Part shown: in pieces, positions 1-12,312 of the stretch
Layout: each line of letters starts with the position of its first letter
Position numbering within the stretch: the stretch's first letter is position 1
Assembly (NCBI GenBank): GCA_004764695.1
Contig: SMSO01000035.1
Span: 3,856,040-3,920,039 of the forward strand
DNA length: 64,000 nt
Direction of reading: 5' to 3'
Source: Schizochytrium sp. TIO01
Lineage: Eukaryota; Protista; Bigyra: Labyrinthulomycetes
Translations under genes and position numbers: made by a program
Notes under the pieces: generated by a model
Databases searched by the model: none
What the model was told of the DNA's origin: nothing
Seen by the model: only the letters and a program-made list of their open reading frames with translations

Positions 1-1
1 A

Positions 2-190
2 ACTCGTGTCGAAATGGTCCAGAAGCTGAATTCCATTCGAGCTCAGAGTATTAAGCACAGCGCTAGATGGGAAACCGTGCTGACTCTAAGGAAAATGTAT
101 TTGCATCTCAGTATATGCCTGAAAGATCTGTCAAATATATCTGCGAGCTCGAGTATTAAAGATCCCCTATATCGCAGCACCATTAATTAG
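2..190 (+). CDS. Possible 3' end of a gene that starts upstream of the window
   Basis: Frame 2 is open from the window edge (TRVEMVQKLNSIRAQSIKHSARWETVLTLRKMYLHLSICLKDLSNISASSSIKDPLYRSTIN*) and is followed by AT-rich UTR-like sequence. No recognisable motif. Confidence 0.3.
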   Translation, partial: TRVEMVQKLNSIRAQSIKHSARWETVLTLRKMYLHLSICLKDLSNISASSSIKDPLYRSTIN

Positions 191-473
191 AGCTTTTGAT
201 CCTTTTTTCGACATGCATCGAAGATCCACCTGTGTTGCGTTTCGTGGGTATATATATCTTTTTTCTTCTTCTACTCAAACGCGAAGATGTTCGTCTTGAC
301 AAAATCTTTATTCATTTAATAATCTAACCCGTGACACCGTGTCGAGCTTTTTAGCCGTGAAGCCAATGTCTGTGTGTCTGTTACTGGACCTTCCTCGATC
401 TGCATTTTAATTTGTGCGCATGACCTTTTCATAGCGATTAGTTCGTAGAGTGCGACATTGAAAATAAAATTTG

Positions 474-668
474 CTTAGCCGACATAAAGCAATGCAGTGA
501 ATGAAGCCAAACAAACATTCCTGCTTGGGCCATCGTAAGGGTCAGTGCGTCGTTCATCATGTCGTTATTTTATTTTCTTAGCCGACATAAAGCAACACAG
601 TGAATAAAGCCAAACAAATATCCTGTTTGGTCTGAGATAGGAGTCAGTGCATCGTTCATCATGTCGTT
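474..668. repeat. Imperfect direct duplication of ~93 bp (474-566 and 577-668)
   Basis: Both copies run CTTAGCCGACATAAAGCAA..CAGTGAAT.AAGCCAAACAAA...GTCAGTGC.TCGTTCATCATGTCGTT, with substitutions concentrated in the middle. Confidence 0.9.
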
Positions 669-1305
669 GCAGTTACGTCGTGCATTCTCTAATTTGTTCC
701 TATATTTTAGAGGCGCCCTTGCCACCATCTGTCCTTCATAGGCAATCGTTCTCGCCTTTCCACAGCATATACAGTACCAGAGTCTCTCCACTCTTTGTGT
801 AAATCTCTGCGGTTTCACCTAATAATTCGGCAACGAACCAGTAGCCAGTAGAGCACCAAATTACAATCAACCAGAGCATTCCAAAATAGAATCGTTTACC
901 TGGCACCTCTCAGGAATCCCATTCGTGTACCACGCGCGGAATCGACGCAGACTACTCCAGGCTGGATCCAGCGAAGAGGCGCATTACATTTCGACCGCTG
1001 CTCCATAAAAAAGCTCTCTTCGCTTGAAAGAAAGAAAGAAAGAAAGAAAGACCTTGAAAGCGAGTAAGTAAGAGTAAGTGAGTCAAAGCTCTCGTGCCCA
1101 ATTACAGGGGAAGCAAAGCAAAGCAAAGCTCCTCTTGCTTCCCCTTTCGCCCTGGTTCTTGTAAGATCCGCAGCACTCTCCAGCTTTCCGCATATCCCGC
1201 TAGTTTTAAAAGCATTTTAATCATGATTTTATTCATATATAAAATGAAAAAAATAGTATTTTCAGTACTTTGAAGGTCATGATAGATGTAATGTGAATTG
1301 AATTG

Positions 1306-1452
1306 TTCAATTCAACTCAATTCAACTCAATTCAACTCAATCCAACTCAATTCAACTCAGTTCAACTCAATTCAATTCAATTCAATTCAATTCAATTCAA
1401 TTCAATTCAATTCAATTCAATTCAATTCAATTCAATTCAATTCAATTCAATT
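1306..1452. repeat. Pentanucleotide microsatellite (CTCAA/TTCAA)n
   Basis: Directly visible; alternating TTCAA/CTCAA units grade into pure TTCAA. Confidence 0.97.
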
Positions 1453-1630
1453 CTTCTGTTTTGGTACTGCGAGGATGGTCGCCTTCCAAGGCTGTGCTGC
1501 TTCAAGATGCTGTGAGTTTGGACCGATTATAAATGCTGGAGTATTTGCTGCTTTCAGCTGACGATGAAAGAAGCTTCTCATGATACTTTAGAAGCTTCTT
1601 TGGGCGAATCTGGCTATAACTTAGTTTGTG

Positions 1631-1670
1631 TTTTGAGTTGTTTTGAGTTGCTTTGAGTTGCTTTGAGTTG
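1631..1670. repeat. 10-bp tandem repeat (YTTTGAGTTG)x4
   Basis: Directly visible. Confidence 0.9.
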
Positions 1671-2387
1671 TTTGGTTGGTTTTGCTCAGGTCAATTAAAC
1701 AATGCCTTTCGTGAGAGCGCTCGCTCGCTCTGAGGGTGTATCATTCTCGAGCCTCGCCTGCAACCGATGGACTTGAACGCGTTGAAGGGTCCGCTTGGGG
1801 TCTCTTGAGGGCTGCGTGTTTAGAGGTACCTCGAAGAGTGGCAAGATTGCAAAGCCTGGAATCTGAGAATGTCTTGTTCATGGAAAAGTAAACAAACTTC
1901 TCACTTGAAAGAAAGCGGAGTTTAAAGTTATGTATCTTAGTATAATCTGTTATTAAAAAAATAAAAATGTAATCATAATAATATATATGAAACAGCCTTT
2001 TGGCTTTTTCGGTGTTGGTAACTAATCGTAGGACAGACAAACCTGGAGCGTTGACCGTCGCACGAAGCGAAGTGCACTTCTTCTCGGGGCCGAAGGGCTT
2101 CGACGTGGGCTACGGCCCGCTCGGGACAAGTGTTTAAGCTTAATTGGCTTGCTGGAGCATTGGTTACATTGGCTGCTGCCTTTCGTCTTCAACAACAGCT
2201 GCTCCATCAGATCTCCAGCTTCTTCATCCACGTCGCTTATTGTTTCTCGACGGCTTCACCCTCCTTCCCTTCACCCTCGCCATCAACCTCTTTATCGCTG
2301 CTCTGGCAACTGCGAGGTCGTCGAGGTTGTCAAGCCCTTTGTTTGGGAAAGACGAACTTCTTTTCTGGCGCCGTGCGGTAGGGGATT

Positions 2388-4394
2388 ATGCAACGTCGAG
2401 ATTTTGTAGCAGAGGCTAGCGCGAAGCTGGATGATGGGCTCCAGAAGTTGTTCAACTTTGCTTCTACATTTGAGCAGCTCATCACATTGGGTCTTGGGAG
2501 TACAATTGACCATGCGGTTGGCGTTCGGCTCGATATAAAATCTGACAAGTTTGAGCAGACGCAGTTAGCGTGGCTGCAAAGAGCCAACGCAATTTTACCA
2601 TACATAACCTTCATCTCATTTACAATTGCCATCCCAGACTCTGTTTACCTGTCAGATGATGGTAAACACAAGATGGCTTGGCAAATTGGGGGCTTCCTTC
2701 TTCAGGTGAGCATTATGGCCAAGCTCTCGAAGAAGTATCCTCAGATGACACGATATCATTATACAGTGGACGACTTTTTGTTTTTTTTCTCTGGTTTGGG
2801 CAAAGTTTTTGTAGAGCATGCCAGCTGGAATTACCGAACCTTTTATTTTCTGATTCTCTGGCATAGAATCATAACCACATGTCTTTTGAAGACGTCTTTC
2901 ACAGCGAGCATTGTTCACATATTAGGTATTGCACTTTTTGCTCTTCGGGACGCAGGCGTTGGTGTGGATGATATCATCGACCTTGGTATCACCTATCTGA
3001 CTCAAGTGTTTGCCTCCATTGTTCTTGTGATCTTACTTATTTATGTTACCCTTCGAGCCAAAATGCTCATCTTTGCCGTGCAATCTGTTGAAGCCAGTAA
3101 GGTGACAAATTTGAGGACTATATTTCAGTTTGTAAGCCATGAATATCGCAACCATTTCTTCGCAGGTTCGCTTGCACTCGACTCGCTTACAAGTAATCAT
3201 TTAATGCCACCCAATGCTCGTGATGATGTCAAAGTTCTTGAGCGAGCACACAAAAATATATCAGCACTCATGGAGAACATTTTACAACTTTCGCGTTTAG
3301 AGGCTAATGGTGGGTCTCTCAAAGGCCAAAGCATCAATTTTTCAGTTTCCTCTGATCTCCTGGCTGAAGTCAGGAGCTTTGCTCAGAGCATGATTGATGC
3401 TAATTTGCTACAGAAACACGTGCAATTCATATATTATGAAGACCCAGCTATTAAGGTCTTGCCGAGTGTGACTGGTTCGTTAGCTCTATTACAACGTGCG
3501 CTAAACAACCTGTTGAGTAACGCTATCAAATTTACACCCAATGATGGACTGGTGCGACTCGTTGTCAACGCTTTCCCAGACTTTCCGAGAAAGAAAGTCC
3601 AGCTTGATATTGTCGTTTCGGATACCGGCAGCGGTATTGCTGAGACTGACCTGGAAGATATTTTCAAGCCTTTCAAACGAAGCCGTACAGGTGACTCGCT
3701 TGACCTGGGGGGCTCAGGTCTTGGCCTCTCCTTTGTGAAACGCATCATAGAGGCCAACGACAATGGCTCAATTGCTGCAGAGTCCACCCTCGGCCACGGA
3801 TCAAATTTTCATGTCAGATTCGACCTTCCATTTGCCTCAATAGAGCCTCAAAATGAGGGAAGCGTAAGTGGAGATTCGCTTTCATCTTCTCAATCTAGCT
3901 CTGACGGTAGCTCTTTTGATATAGCCTCTCCCACACCCCGATTCCGCAGCCGCGTTGGGCCACTTCGGCTCCTTATTGTTGATGATAGTATCACGAATCG
4001 GCTTATGTTACGGAACTTTATTAATCGTCAAGTCAAGAAACTTGCACAGAAGGTTGACATTGTTGAGGCTGCCGATGGCCGCACAGCTATTGATCTTGTT
4101 GAAACCCGCGGCCCGGATAGTTTTGATGCAATTACGATGGATCATTATATGCCTGGCAAATTTGACGGCCTCGATGCTGCTAAAAAAATTCGCGAGTTAG
4201 GATTTACTGGTCCACTAATTGGTGTTACAGGTGAAGAGGATCCCGAAAATATGAATCGCTTTCGGAGGGCGGGCTGTGACGCAATCTGGCGCAAAGGTGG
4301 ACAGTTAGATGCTCTTCTTAAAATGATTGGCATCGACTCGAGTAGAACCTCCCGTCGAACCCGCCAACGCTCGTTAACACCAACTCGTCGGTAG
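2388..4394 (+). CDS. Membrane-bound hybrid sensor histidine kinase/response regulator (paralog 1)
   Basis: 668 aa. About 6 hydrophobic segments, H-box FVSHEYRN, N-box NNLLSNAIKFT, G1 VSDTGSGI, F-box IFKPF, G2 GGSGLGLS, and a receiver domain (LLIVDD...ITMDHYMP...IGVTG...RK). Confidence 0.95.
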   Translation: MQRRDFVAEASAKLDDGLQKLFNFASTFEQLITLGLGSTIDHAVGVRLDIKSDKFEQTQLAWLQRANAILPYITFISFTIAIPDSVYLSDDGKHKMAWQIGGFLLQVSIMAKLSKKYPQMTRYHYTVDDFLFFFSGLGKVFVEHASWNYRTFYFLILWHRIITTCLLKTSFTASIVHILGIALFALRDAGVGVDDIIDLGITYLTQVFASIVLVILLIYVTLRAKMLIFAVQSVEASKVTNLRTIFQFVSHEYRNHFFAGSLALDSLTSNHLMPPNARDDVKVLERAHKNISALMENILQLSRLEANGGSLKGQSINFSVSSDLLAEVRSFAQSMIDANLLQKHVQFIYYEDPAIKVLPSVTGSLALLQRALNNLLSNAIKFTPNDGLVRLVVNAFPDFPRKKVQLDIVVSDTGSGIAETDLEDIFKPFKRSRTGDSLDLGGSGLGLSFVKRIIEANDNGSIAAESTLGHGSNFHVRFDLPFASIEPQNEGSVSGDSLSSSQSSSDGSSFDIASPTPRFRSRVGPLRLLIVDDSITNRLMLRNFINRQVKKLAQKVDIVEAADGRTAIDLVETRGPDSFDAITMDHYMPGKFDGLDAAKKIRELGFTGPLIGVTGEEDPENMNRFRRAGCDAIWRKGGQLDALLKMIGIDSSRTSRRTRQRSLTPTRR

Positions 4395-6059
4395 ATTCTC
4401 GTGAAAATCGAAGGCCTCATTCTCATACGTTTCCAGGCGCTCCCGAGGTTGTAGCTGTACAAACCTGCATCTTCTTCTTTTTTCCTTGTAGTACATGATG
4501 ATTTCAACGTTAGCCATAGTAGGGTCACCTACCGTATGTGAAGATTATCTAGCCAATGTCTAAATTGTAATATATACCTATCCTTATTGCCTACAACTTT
4601 GATATAAATTTATCCATTAAATTCGCTTTAAAGTGTGCTTTTATGCTTGATTTTGTATTTGTACGCATCATTTACATATCTGTACAGTGCTGCAAGTCTT
4701 GATGATTTCAAAACTTTGGAATGCTGCTTCTGGAGGCATTTACGTACATGCCTAAATCCTTGATATGATCAGGTTTAAGGAATGTCAGCTTTTTAACGTG
4801 TTTCAACATTGAGAAGTAACTATTAGCGAGGATTTCCCCCCAAAAATAAATTTCGAGGTGTACCAGAACAACCATATGACAACGCAAAGCTGAGAGAGAC
4901 TCTGGATCTATATGTTAATAAACTGAAGCAATGATTACAGCTATGAATTGAAACCAATGCGGGGATTAATTACAGATAAGACTTGCAATCAACAGACTAT
5001 CTATACATTGGCCTTAAGCTTAGGACTGGCCTCTGATCATGTAGCTTAGATCATTATAAGCTTCTTTGAACGGGCATAATCGCTGCAATGAAGCGGAGCA
5101 GCCTTTACATATAATCAACAAGGAAACGGCTCCCTGTTTTGGGGCGGAAGGCAGTCAGTCATCTTTCTGATTAGTGCATCTCTGCAATCAGATGTACACA
5201 GATTCAAGTGCCATTTGCAATGTTTTGTTTTCTTGTAGTCATTTATTTAACCAAAAGATGAAAGTAGCGTGTTGTGCCATTTGCAGTGTTGTTATTCTTG
5301 CAATCATTTATTTAACTGTTTATGTATATAGCTGTTCTGGATGCACCCCGTGGGCTCAACTGACTCGGCGCGCCGCTTCTCCACACCATTTACGATTTCG
5401 ATTGAAATTCCGAGTAGCAAAGCTTGCTTTGCACCAGTTTTGATTAAAGCATAAGAGCTCCGGTAAAAGTTTTTAATACGCTTCAACGGTGCCTGGTCGC
5501 TGCTTCCTGAAAGCTTTGAAGGGTGTATAATAACGAGATTTTCATGAGTGGCTCTCTTCTATTTAAAGCGAAACCATGTCGAGGGTCAATTTTGTAATCG
5601 TTTTAGCGGCGAAGACGGCCTTCAACATCATCTCGATGAACTTTGTCACAAGAATGTCATCACAGTAAAAAGACCTGCCCAAGATGCCGTACACCTAGGT
5701 CTGAGCATGGTGTCTCAAGTTCTTCAATGCCACAAAGACAAGGTCTGGCACTCACTGCCTGCACGCATAAGCTTGGTGCTACACCCGAGCGATTTTCCCC
5801 AAAACCAGACTTCGGTCTTTCGTCTCGAGCCCCTCGAGCTCAAACGGAACCAGGCTGCCTGAACGAAACTACCCGCCAACCGCAGGCTCGCGAAAGAACT
5901 GGTCGGGCACTCGCTTCGGCTCGCGGCACACCCAGCCATCTGCGTGCTGCCAGGGAAGCTCGGGTGGTCCTGTTGGCGGCAAGGAGGTGCAGTTTGATGG
6001 GAGCAGGAAGCTCTAAACTGAGACCGCACCATTCACTTTCTGCCACCTCGAGCAGAAGC

Positions 6060-6360
6060 TGATTGATTGATTGATTGATTGATTGTGCGGAACTGGAGGA
6101 AACTGGGACATGTAAATTGGTTGTCGCCGGTGACCTCCTTGAAGACCTCCCCAAGAAAATACAAGACTCGGCTCCCCGAAAAGAGAGAAGCACGAGTTCA
6201 GAAAAGGGGGTGAAAGCGCGAAGAAGAAGCCTGGTTCTTCGCAAGTCGGTTCATCCCCTCTGCGATCAATCGGAGCCGAAGAAAACGCTCAGGCACGCGT
6301 GATTGACTGACACTCACTCACTCACTCAATCACTCACTCACTCACTCACTCACGCACTCA
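6060..6360. repeat. Short microsatellites (GATT)n at 6060-6084 and (CACT)n at ~6310-6360
   Basis: Directly visible. Confidence 0.85.
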
Positions 6361-7667
6361 CCGCATGCGCAGTCGCGCCTAAGGCCTCAGTCAGAGTTGC
6401 CATCGCTCGACTGTGGAATTGCTGATATTTAGGTGCTGCTGCTGTTGCTGCTGTTGCTGTTGCTTCGATCGATTTCTTCTTCTGGTTCTTCGCGGAGCAT
6501 GACAAGAGGCTGGTTGAAGGCGTTGCAGCAGAGCGATCGAATGCGTGGCCTCTTCGGAGTCGCAGCTCGAAGAATGAAGCAGGTGTCCACCCTCTTAGGC
6601 GCCTGCTTTCGACCTCGGCTCTGGCTTTCGTGGAGCTTGGGATTAACAAGGGAAGCAAGCAACCGCAGAAAGAACAGGTGATCAGATTACCTGTGAGCAA
6701 AGGTTTCCAACGGAGCAGCAGAAGAAAGCCAACACGGAGTGGCGAGAGACGAACGGCACGAGTGAATCAAATCGATGGCTTGGTTGAGTTGCAAATAGTG
6801 AGGATGGCGGACAGGCTTTTTTGGGTGGAAAGGGACGATGGCACGTTGTGAGGTGCGAGCTTACAAGGTATATCATTCACATATATCCTCACGGAATTGA
6901 AACCAAGGACGAACTTCGAGGCGCATTTGTCTCGAAGTCTTTGCATAATTGCTGCTTTTGATGAATTGATTGACAAGTTCCGCTTCTTTTGGAGGAGTTC
7001 ATGATGAAAGATAGATGGGCAAGGGCGTCAACTTTGAAGAAGCATCCGATTTCAAGGGAAACCTCTGCAGTGCAAGGCTTCATTCACCTCGTGAAGTGGA
7101 GGCGACATTGTATTTAAGGTCTATCATCAAACGTGCACGATGGCCACCTGTTCTACAGTTGTTTGTTTGATCGATTTCATGCTAGGTGTCAATTTCTTGA
7201 TGGGAGTTGCATTTGTTACATTTATTATTTATTTAATTAAAATGATGTTTCTCGGAACATAAAACTGTTTAGAATTAAGAATATTATTATTATTATTATT
7301 ATTATTTAGTTTAAATTAAAAAAATGAGTCGAAAACTGTCCAGCTGCCGTCGGGGACCAATCTTCAATTAAGGCCGCCGACGCCCTCTGGCCGAGCCTCA
7401 ACCTCCTTGCGCGGCTGTGGCTGCTGTGAGGAAAAAGAAGACACTGCTCCTGGCGAAAGACTCGCTCGTTCACTACTCTACCGCTTCTTTGCTCACTAGC
7501 TCGTTGGCAGGCTAGGTAGCTAGAATTGTGCTTTTCGTCTTTAACGGAGAGAGCCATCGCCAAGCGCTCTGCTCAGTTTGTCGATCTCCCATTCTCTTCG
7601 CTGTTGCAGTCTGCACTAGCATTGCTAACCTTGATATCAGGAACACCTAGGCACACATTGTTTCCCA

Positions 7668-9656
7668 ATGATCAAAAGTTTGCGCAAAGCAGGATGCGGC
7701 ATAGACTCTGCGTTAAAATGGATGTTTTCACAAACGGAGCTCGTGGACGAGATCATGACGCTGGGACTCGGACCTCACATCGATAGGCTGCTTGGCCTGC
7801 GACCAGAAGTGGAGAATCCATTGGTTTTTAATGAGAAGAAGATGCAAATATTAGAACTCGGAAATGAATTGCACATCTGGACAATCATTTGCACAATGCT
7901 TGTCTGGATGCCGGAAATGGCTTACGTTTGGAACATGCCTCTCTGGACGCTCTTTTTTGTCTTCACAATTGGGCTTTTGCAACAGTATGCGCTGGTCATG
8001 CTTGCCAAGAGATACCCGCTAGCACTGCGCTTTTACTTTGGGGCTCCTGACATTCTCCTGACCATCTCCGCATGGCAGACCATTTATGTGGATAACACGG
8101 GCTGGTCGCTATCCTCATTCTACGCTTTGGTGTGCTGGCACCGAATCATTACCTGCTGTCTACTGAAGGAGTCATTTTCTTCAGGGATGGTGCACCTCCT
8201 GCTCATCTGCTACTTCTGGGCCACGGACACAGCACTTTCGTCGGAGGACCTTATGTCAATGACGGCGACATCTTTGATCTACTCAACAGCTGCAGTGTTG
8301 CTTCTTAGTTTGCTGATCTTCTCTACGATCCGTGCAAAGATCCTGTACTGCGAACTGGCCGCAGCTGAGGCTGCGAAGGTGGATCACTTGAGAACTGTGT
8401 TCCATTTTGTGAGTCATGAATATCGAAATCATTTCTTTGCAGGCACTCTCGCACTTGACTCTTTGCACAGCAACCAAGCTCTTTCGATGAACGCTCAGCG
8501 TGATATCGAGGTGCTTGACCGCGCACATCGCAATATCTCCGCCTTGATGGAAAATGTTTTACAAATGTCACGACTTGACACTTCTGAGAAAAATATTTGG
8601 CAAGGAGAAGCAGCGCCGTTTAGCCTTTCAGGCGACCTTGTCAAAATGATTCGGAACTATGGGGAAGCTGTGTCAGGTGTACGTTTTGGTCATAAACCTG
8701 GACTCCCTGCTACTATGTGGGGGGCTTCAGATCATGTTCATTTCCAACTTGAAGAGTCTGAAACTGCAAAAACCCTTCCTGCTGTTTTTGGATGTGCATC
8801 TTTACTTTTTCAAGCAGCGAATAATCTTGTCAGTAACGCCATCAAATTCACGCCTCCTGGAGGCCTAGTGACGGTATTCGTAGATGCAGACCCTTTTGCA
8901 GCACCAGGTAAAGCACGTATTTCTATCAAAGTGTCCGATACAGGGCGTGGAATTTCGGAAGAATGTAAATCTCGAATTTTTGAACCTTTCGTGCAGTCGA
9001 ATGTTCATGACTCATTGGATCTCGGGGGGTCAGGACTGGGACTTTCGTTTACCAAAAAAATCGTTGAGGCCTATGAGGGAGGGCGCATTTCTCTGGACTC
9101 TCAAGTCAATGTTGGTAGTACGTTTGAAATCTCTCTTTTACTACCATTCCATGTTCATCCAGACTCATATTCCAGCTTATTGAACAATGATTCAGAAAAT
9201 CTCACTCTCAAGCAGCAGGAAGTCGTTTCTGTGCTTATTGTTGATGATAGTATGGTCAATCGGTTGATGCTTCAGAATTATATTACACGCAAGCTTTTGC
9301 AGGAAGGGCTTCGAATCGAAATTTCTGATGCATCCGATGGGCCTTCAGCGGTGGCTGTTGTTGCGCGCAACGGGGTTAACGCTTTTCATGCAATCACAAT
9401 GGACTTTCACATGCCAGGCGAATTTAATGGCGTGGAAGCCACACGGCGCATTCGAGCACTTGGCTTCAAAGGACACATTATTGGTGTTACTGGAGAAGAG
9501 GACCCTGATCAAATGCAACTGATGCTTGATGGAGGTTGTGATGCTGTTTGGCGCAAAGGCGGTAGTCTGGAGCAGCTTCTTCGAGAACTCAAGCTTCACT
9601 CTACAGAAGCTCGTGAGCGTCTCCTAAGAAGACTTCCGTTTTCTTCAACGCATTAG
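7668..9656 (+). CDS. Membrane-bound hybrid sensor histidine kinase/response regulator (paralog 2)
   Basis: 662 aa, colinear with 2388..4394: TLGLG, WHRIITxCLLK, FVSHEYRNHFFAG, NNLVSNAIKFTP, VSDTGRGI, DSLDLGGSGLGLSF, VLIVDD, AITMDFHMPG, GVTGEEDP, WRKGG. Confidence 0.95.
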   Translation: MIKSLRKAGCGIDSALKWMFSQTELVDEIMTLGLGPHIDRLLGLRPEVENPLVFNEKKMQILELGNELHIWTIICTMLVWMPEMAYVWNMPLWTLFFVFTIGLLQQYALVMLAKRYPLALRFYFGAPDILLTISAWQTIYVDNTGWSLSSFYALVCWHRIITCCLLKESFSSGMVHLLLICYFWATDTALSSEDLMSMTATSLIYSTAAVLLLSLLIFSTIRAKILYCELAAAEAAKVDHLRTVFHFVSHEYRNHFFAGTLALDSLHSNQALSMNAQRDIEVLDRAHRNISALMENVLQMSRLDTSEKNIWQGEAAPFSLSGDLVKMIRNYGEAVSGVRFGHKPGLPATMWGASDHVHFQLEESETAKTLPAVFGCASLLFQAANNLVSNAIKFTPPGGLVTVFVDADPFAAPGKARISIKVSDTGRGISEECKSRIFEPFVQSNVHDSLDLGGSGLGLSFTKKIVEAYEGGRISLDSQVNVGSTFEISLLLPFHVHPDSYSSLLNNDSENLTLKQQEVVSVLIVDDSMVNRLMLQNYITRKLLQEGLRIEISDASDGPSAVAVVARNGVNAFHAITMDFHMPGEFNGVEATRRIRALGFKGHIIGVTGEEDPDQMQLMLDGGCDAVWRKGGSLEQLLRELKLHSTEARERLLRRLPFSSTH

Positions 9657-12179
9657 ACGGGAAATTTGTATTCTGAAATCTGCAGGTCAAACTCGCATGT
9701 ATATGAAGCTTATATCTGTCGTCATTGCGGGACAGATCAATCAACATAACTGTCTATAAATCCTCTGTTTCACATAGTCTGAAGGAGGTCTATCGAATCA
9801 AAGAAAATACGCACAAACGAGATTTTATAGTGAAACAATCTGTGGGAAACACTAAGTTTATGAAACCAGCACAAGCTTTGGTAAAAATAATGTGTCCTGA
9901 ATTGATTATGCCCTCTAGTTCCAAGCAGCGTGTGTTTTGGATTTTCTGTGGCGAATAAAAAATGCGATCAAAGCTATTCTTTCATTGCCGTGCAATAACG
10001 TACAGCTTATAGCTTGCGCTACGGCCTGCCCGGAACCAGTAGGCTTCAATGAAGATTCATCCAATCTACTATTTCTCAAGAAAACTGATTATGACGCCCC
10101 GTAACATTTAGTATAATATGAACTTGTTTTAGGTCTTCCTCTCCCACTGCTATGACCCGCTATTCTGGCGCCAGAGAGGCTGCCTGTTTCCAAGCGAACA
10201 CCAGTAACTGGACGCAGCAGGTAGCATCTATACTAAATATCTATATTGTTGTCTCCCAGCCAATTTATTGAGTAGTGCACCTACTACCTAATTGCAATGT
10301 TATCTGTTTTCGTATTGTGTCAGCTGCTTCTCAAGAGATGACGATTCCCAATTACCTCATTCTATCACGTGTGTTTGTGTGTGGGCTATTGGAGACCACC
10401 TCAACTGCGTAAGCGAACCTCGTTTGCGTGCTTGTTTTTTATACGTGTCATGAGTGAGTCAGCAATATAACGCGCTTTGGCTCGACCTCACTAATTGAAA
10501 TGGGTTTTGGAAATACAGCCTCCGAGTTTAAGTCGGGCTACTTAAAGAGGGCGGCGCCATCTTGGGACTTTGAGGTATCCATATACCATACTTAGTCTCT
10601 CTCTATGGAACGCCATCGTCATCATCACTATCTTGCCTCAGATCGGAACGATTGCCCAGAATTGCAATTCGCAAGAACCGGCACCTGCACAATCAAACAA
10701 AGTTTGCGATTACGCCTTCAAGAACGTCAGCTGAGCTGCGACACGGCACCAAAGCCATTCCGTCCTGGAGGCCAAGCTGGCCGAATCAACGATCTCAACA
10801 AATCGTGGCTGGTGATCTGCCGCTCACGCCGCCGCTCTCGAAGAGCATCTTGAATTAGGTGGGAGTACCTCCGAACTGAGGACGATGATTGGAGGGCGTT
10901 ACACGTAACGTTGGCCACCGCCGTGGACCCTTCGATCATCGATCATTGGATTCGGTTTTCTTTGCTTTGCTTTGCTTTGCTTCTGCATTTACAAATTCCA
11001 CCTTTACTTATGTAGAATGGGAAAAATGAGATTCTAATACCTCCACGAAGTTTGACAATTGTGGCCAACGACGATCTCTTTGCTGCCATCAACGTACCCT
11101 GATTCCCTCTACTGCAACAACGTGAACTGTGACTTCTTCTTTAGTTTCCGACATTCTAAAAACACGAGAATGAATGAATGAATGAATGAATACGTTTATG
11201 CCTTTCTTGATTTATGTGCACTTAGGTACCGACCAGCTTACTAACTTGAAGAGGAGCCCATCAACGGTGATCGATATAGACAAATACATTACATACATAG
11301 ATACATTACATTGATAGACACATTCATTGGTACATATTTATATCGTCGTTGCTGCGATGACGACGACAACGATGACGACGAAGATAAAGTGTCCAAGAGC
11401 GAGATCATTGGCCGCCATCTTCTGGGCTGCTTGACCTTGAGATTTGACCAGACCCGAGAGCTCTCCGTGGACAAGCAAACTGCAACGACGCATGTTTACA
11501 AACGCAGATTGGCAATTGTGACGGTGCCGTCGAGGCCATGCCTATCTTGGATTTTGCACCATCGAATGGTCGATCGATTTGTTTCACAACGACCGCGTGA
11601 ATCTATCTATGTATCTATGGATCTATGGATCTATGTAAGTATGGATGTTATATATGTATGTGTATGTTACGGTGAAACCTTCGTTCTCAAGCCAGGCTTT
11701 GCGATGATGACGTAATGAATGACTGCAACTAGTTCGTGGGTACCTACCTTTGCGAAGATATGCGTGGCGGCAGTGCAAGTCAAAGCAGCCACAGCTCATT
11801 CAGGGCCTGTGCAGGCAGCTGAGGGAGGCTATCTCCGTTTATAGGTTTCCTGCGTGATTTATAAGAGAAGAGCTAAGTTGATCTCGAGTTCTTGAAAAGG
11901 ATGCAAAATGGATGCTGATGTCAGCAAACAAAGCCTGCTTGCCTCTTCGTGCGCCTCCTATGCAAAAAGGTAGAACACGATAGGACCGCTGTACTTTCTC
12001 CGCTCCTTTTGTTTCGTTGATTGATTGCTATTATAGTGCTGTACAGTATATTTGACAGACAGTTAAGTTTTTTAATTTTTTGTTTATTTTACTTTTCATT
12101 TTATAAACAATTTATAAAATAGAATAAACCTCCTTCTATCGAGAAGAATGAAATTATAATACAGAGGGAGAGAGATCTG

Positions 12180-12312
12180 ATGTAATGTAATGTAATGTAA
12201 TGTAATGTAATGTAACGTAATGAAATGAAATGGAGTGAAATGTAATGTAATGTGATGCGATGAAATGTAATGAAATGTAATGAAATGGGGTGAAATGGGG
12301 TGAAATGTAATG
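12180..12312. repeat. Degenerate pentanucleotide microsatellite (TGTAA/TGAAA)n
   Basis: Directly visible, with TGGAG/TGGGG variant units. Confidence 0.95.

Noticed and set aside
2388-3065. Histidine-kinase rhodopsin or ethylene-receptor identity for the kinases
   Set aside because: No DxxxK retinal-binding helix, no CxxxH in TM2 and no GAF domain.
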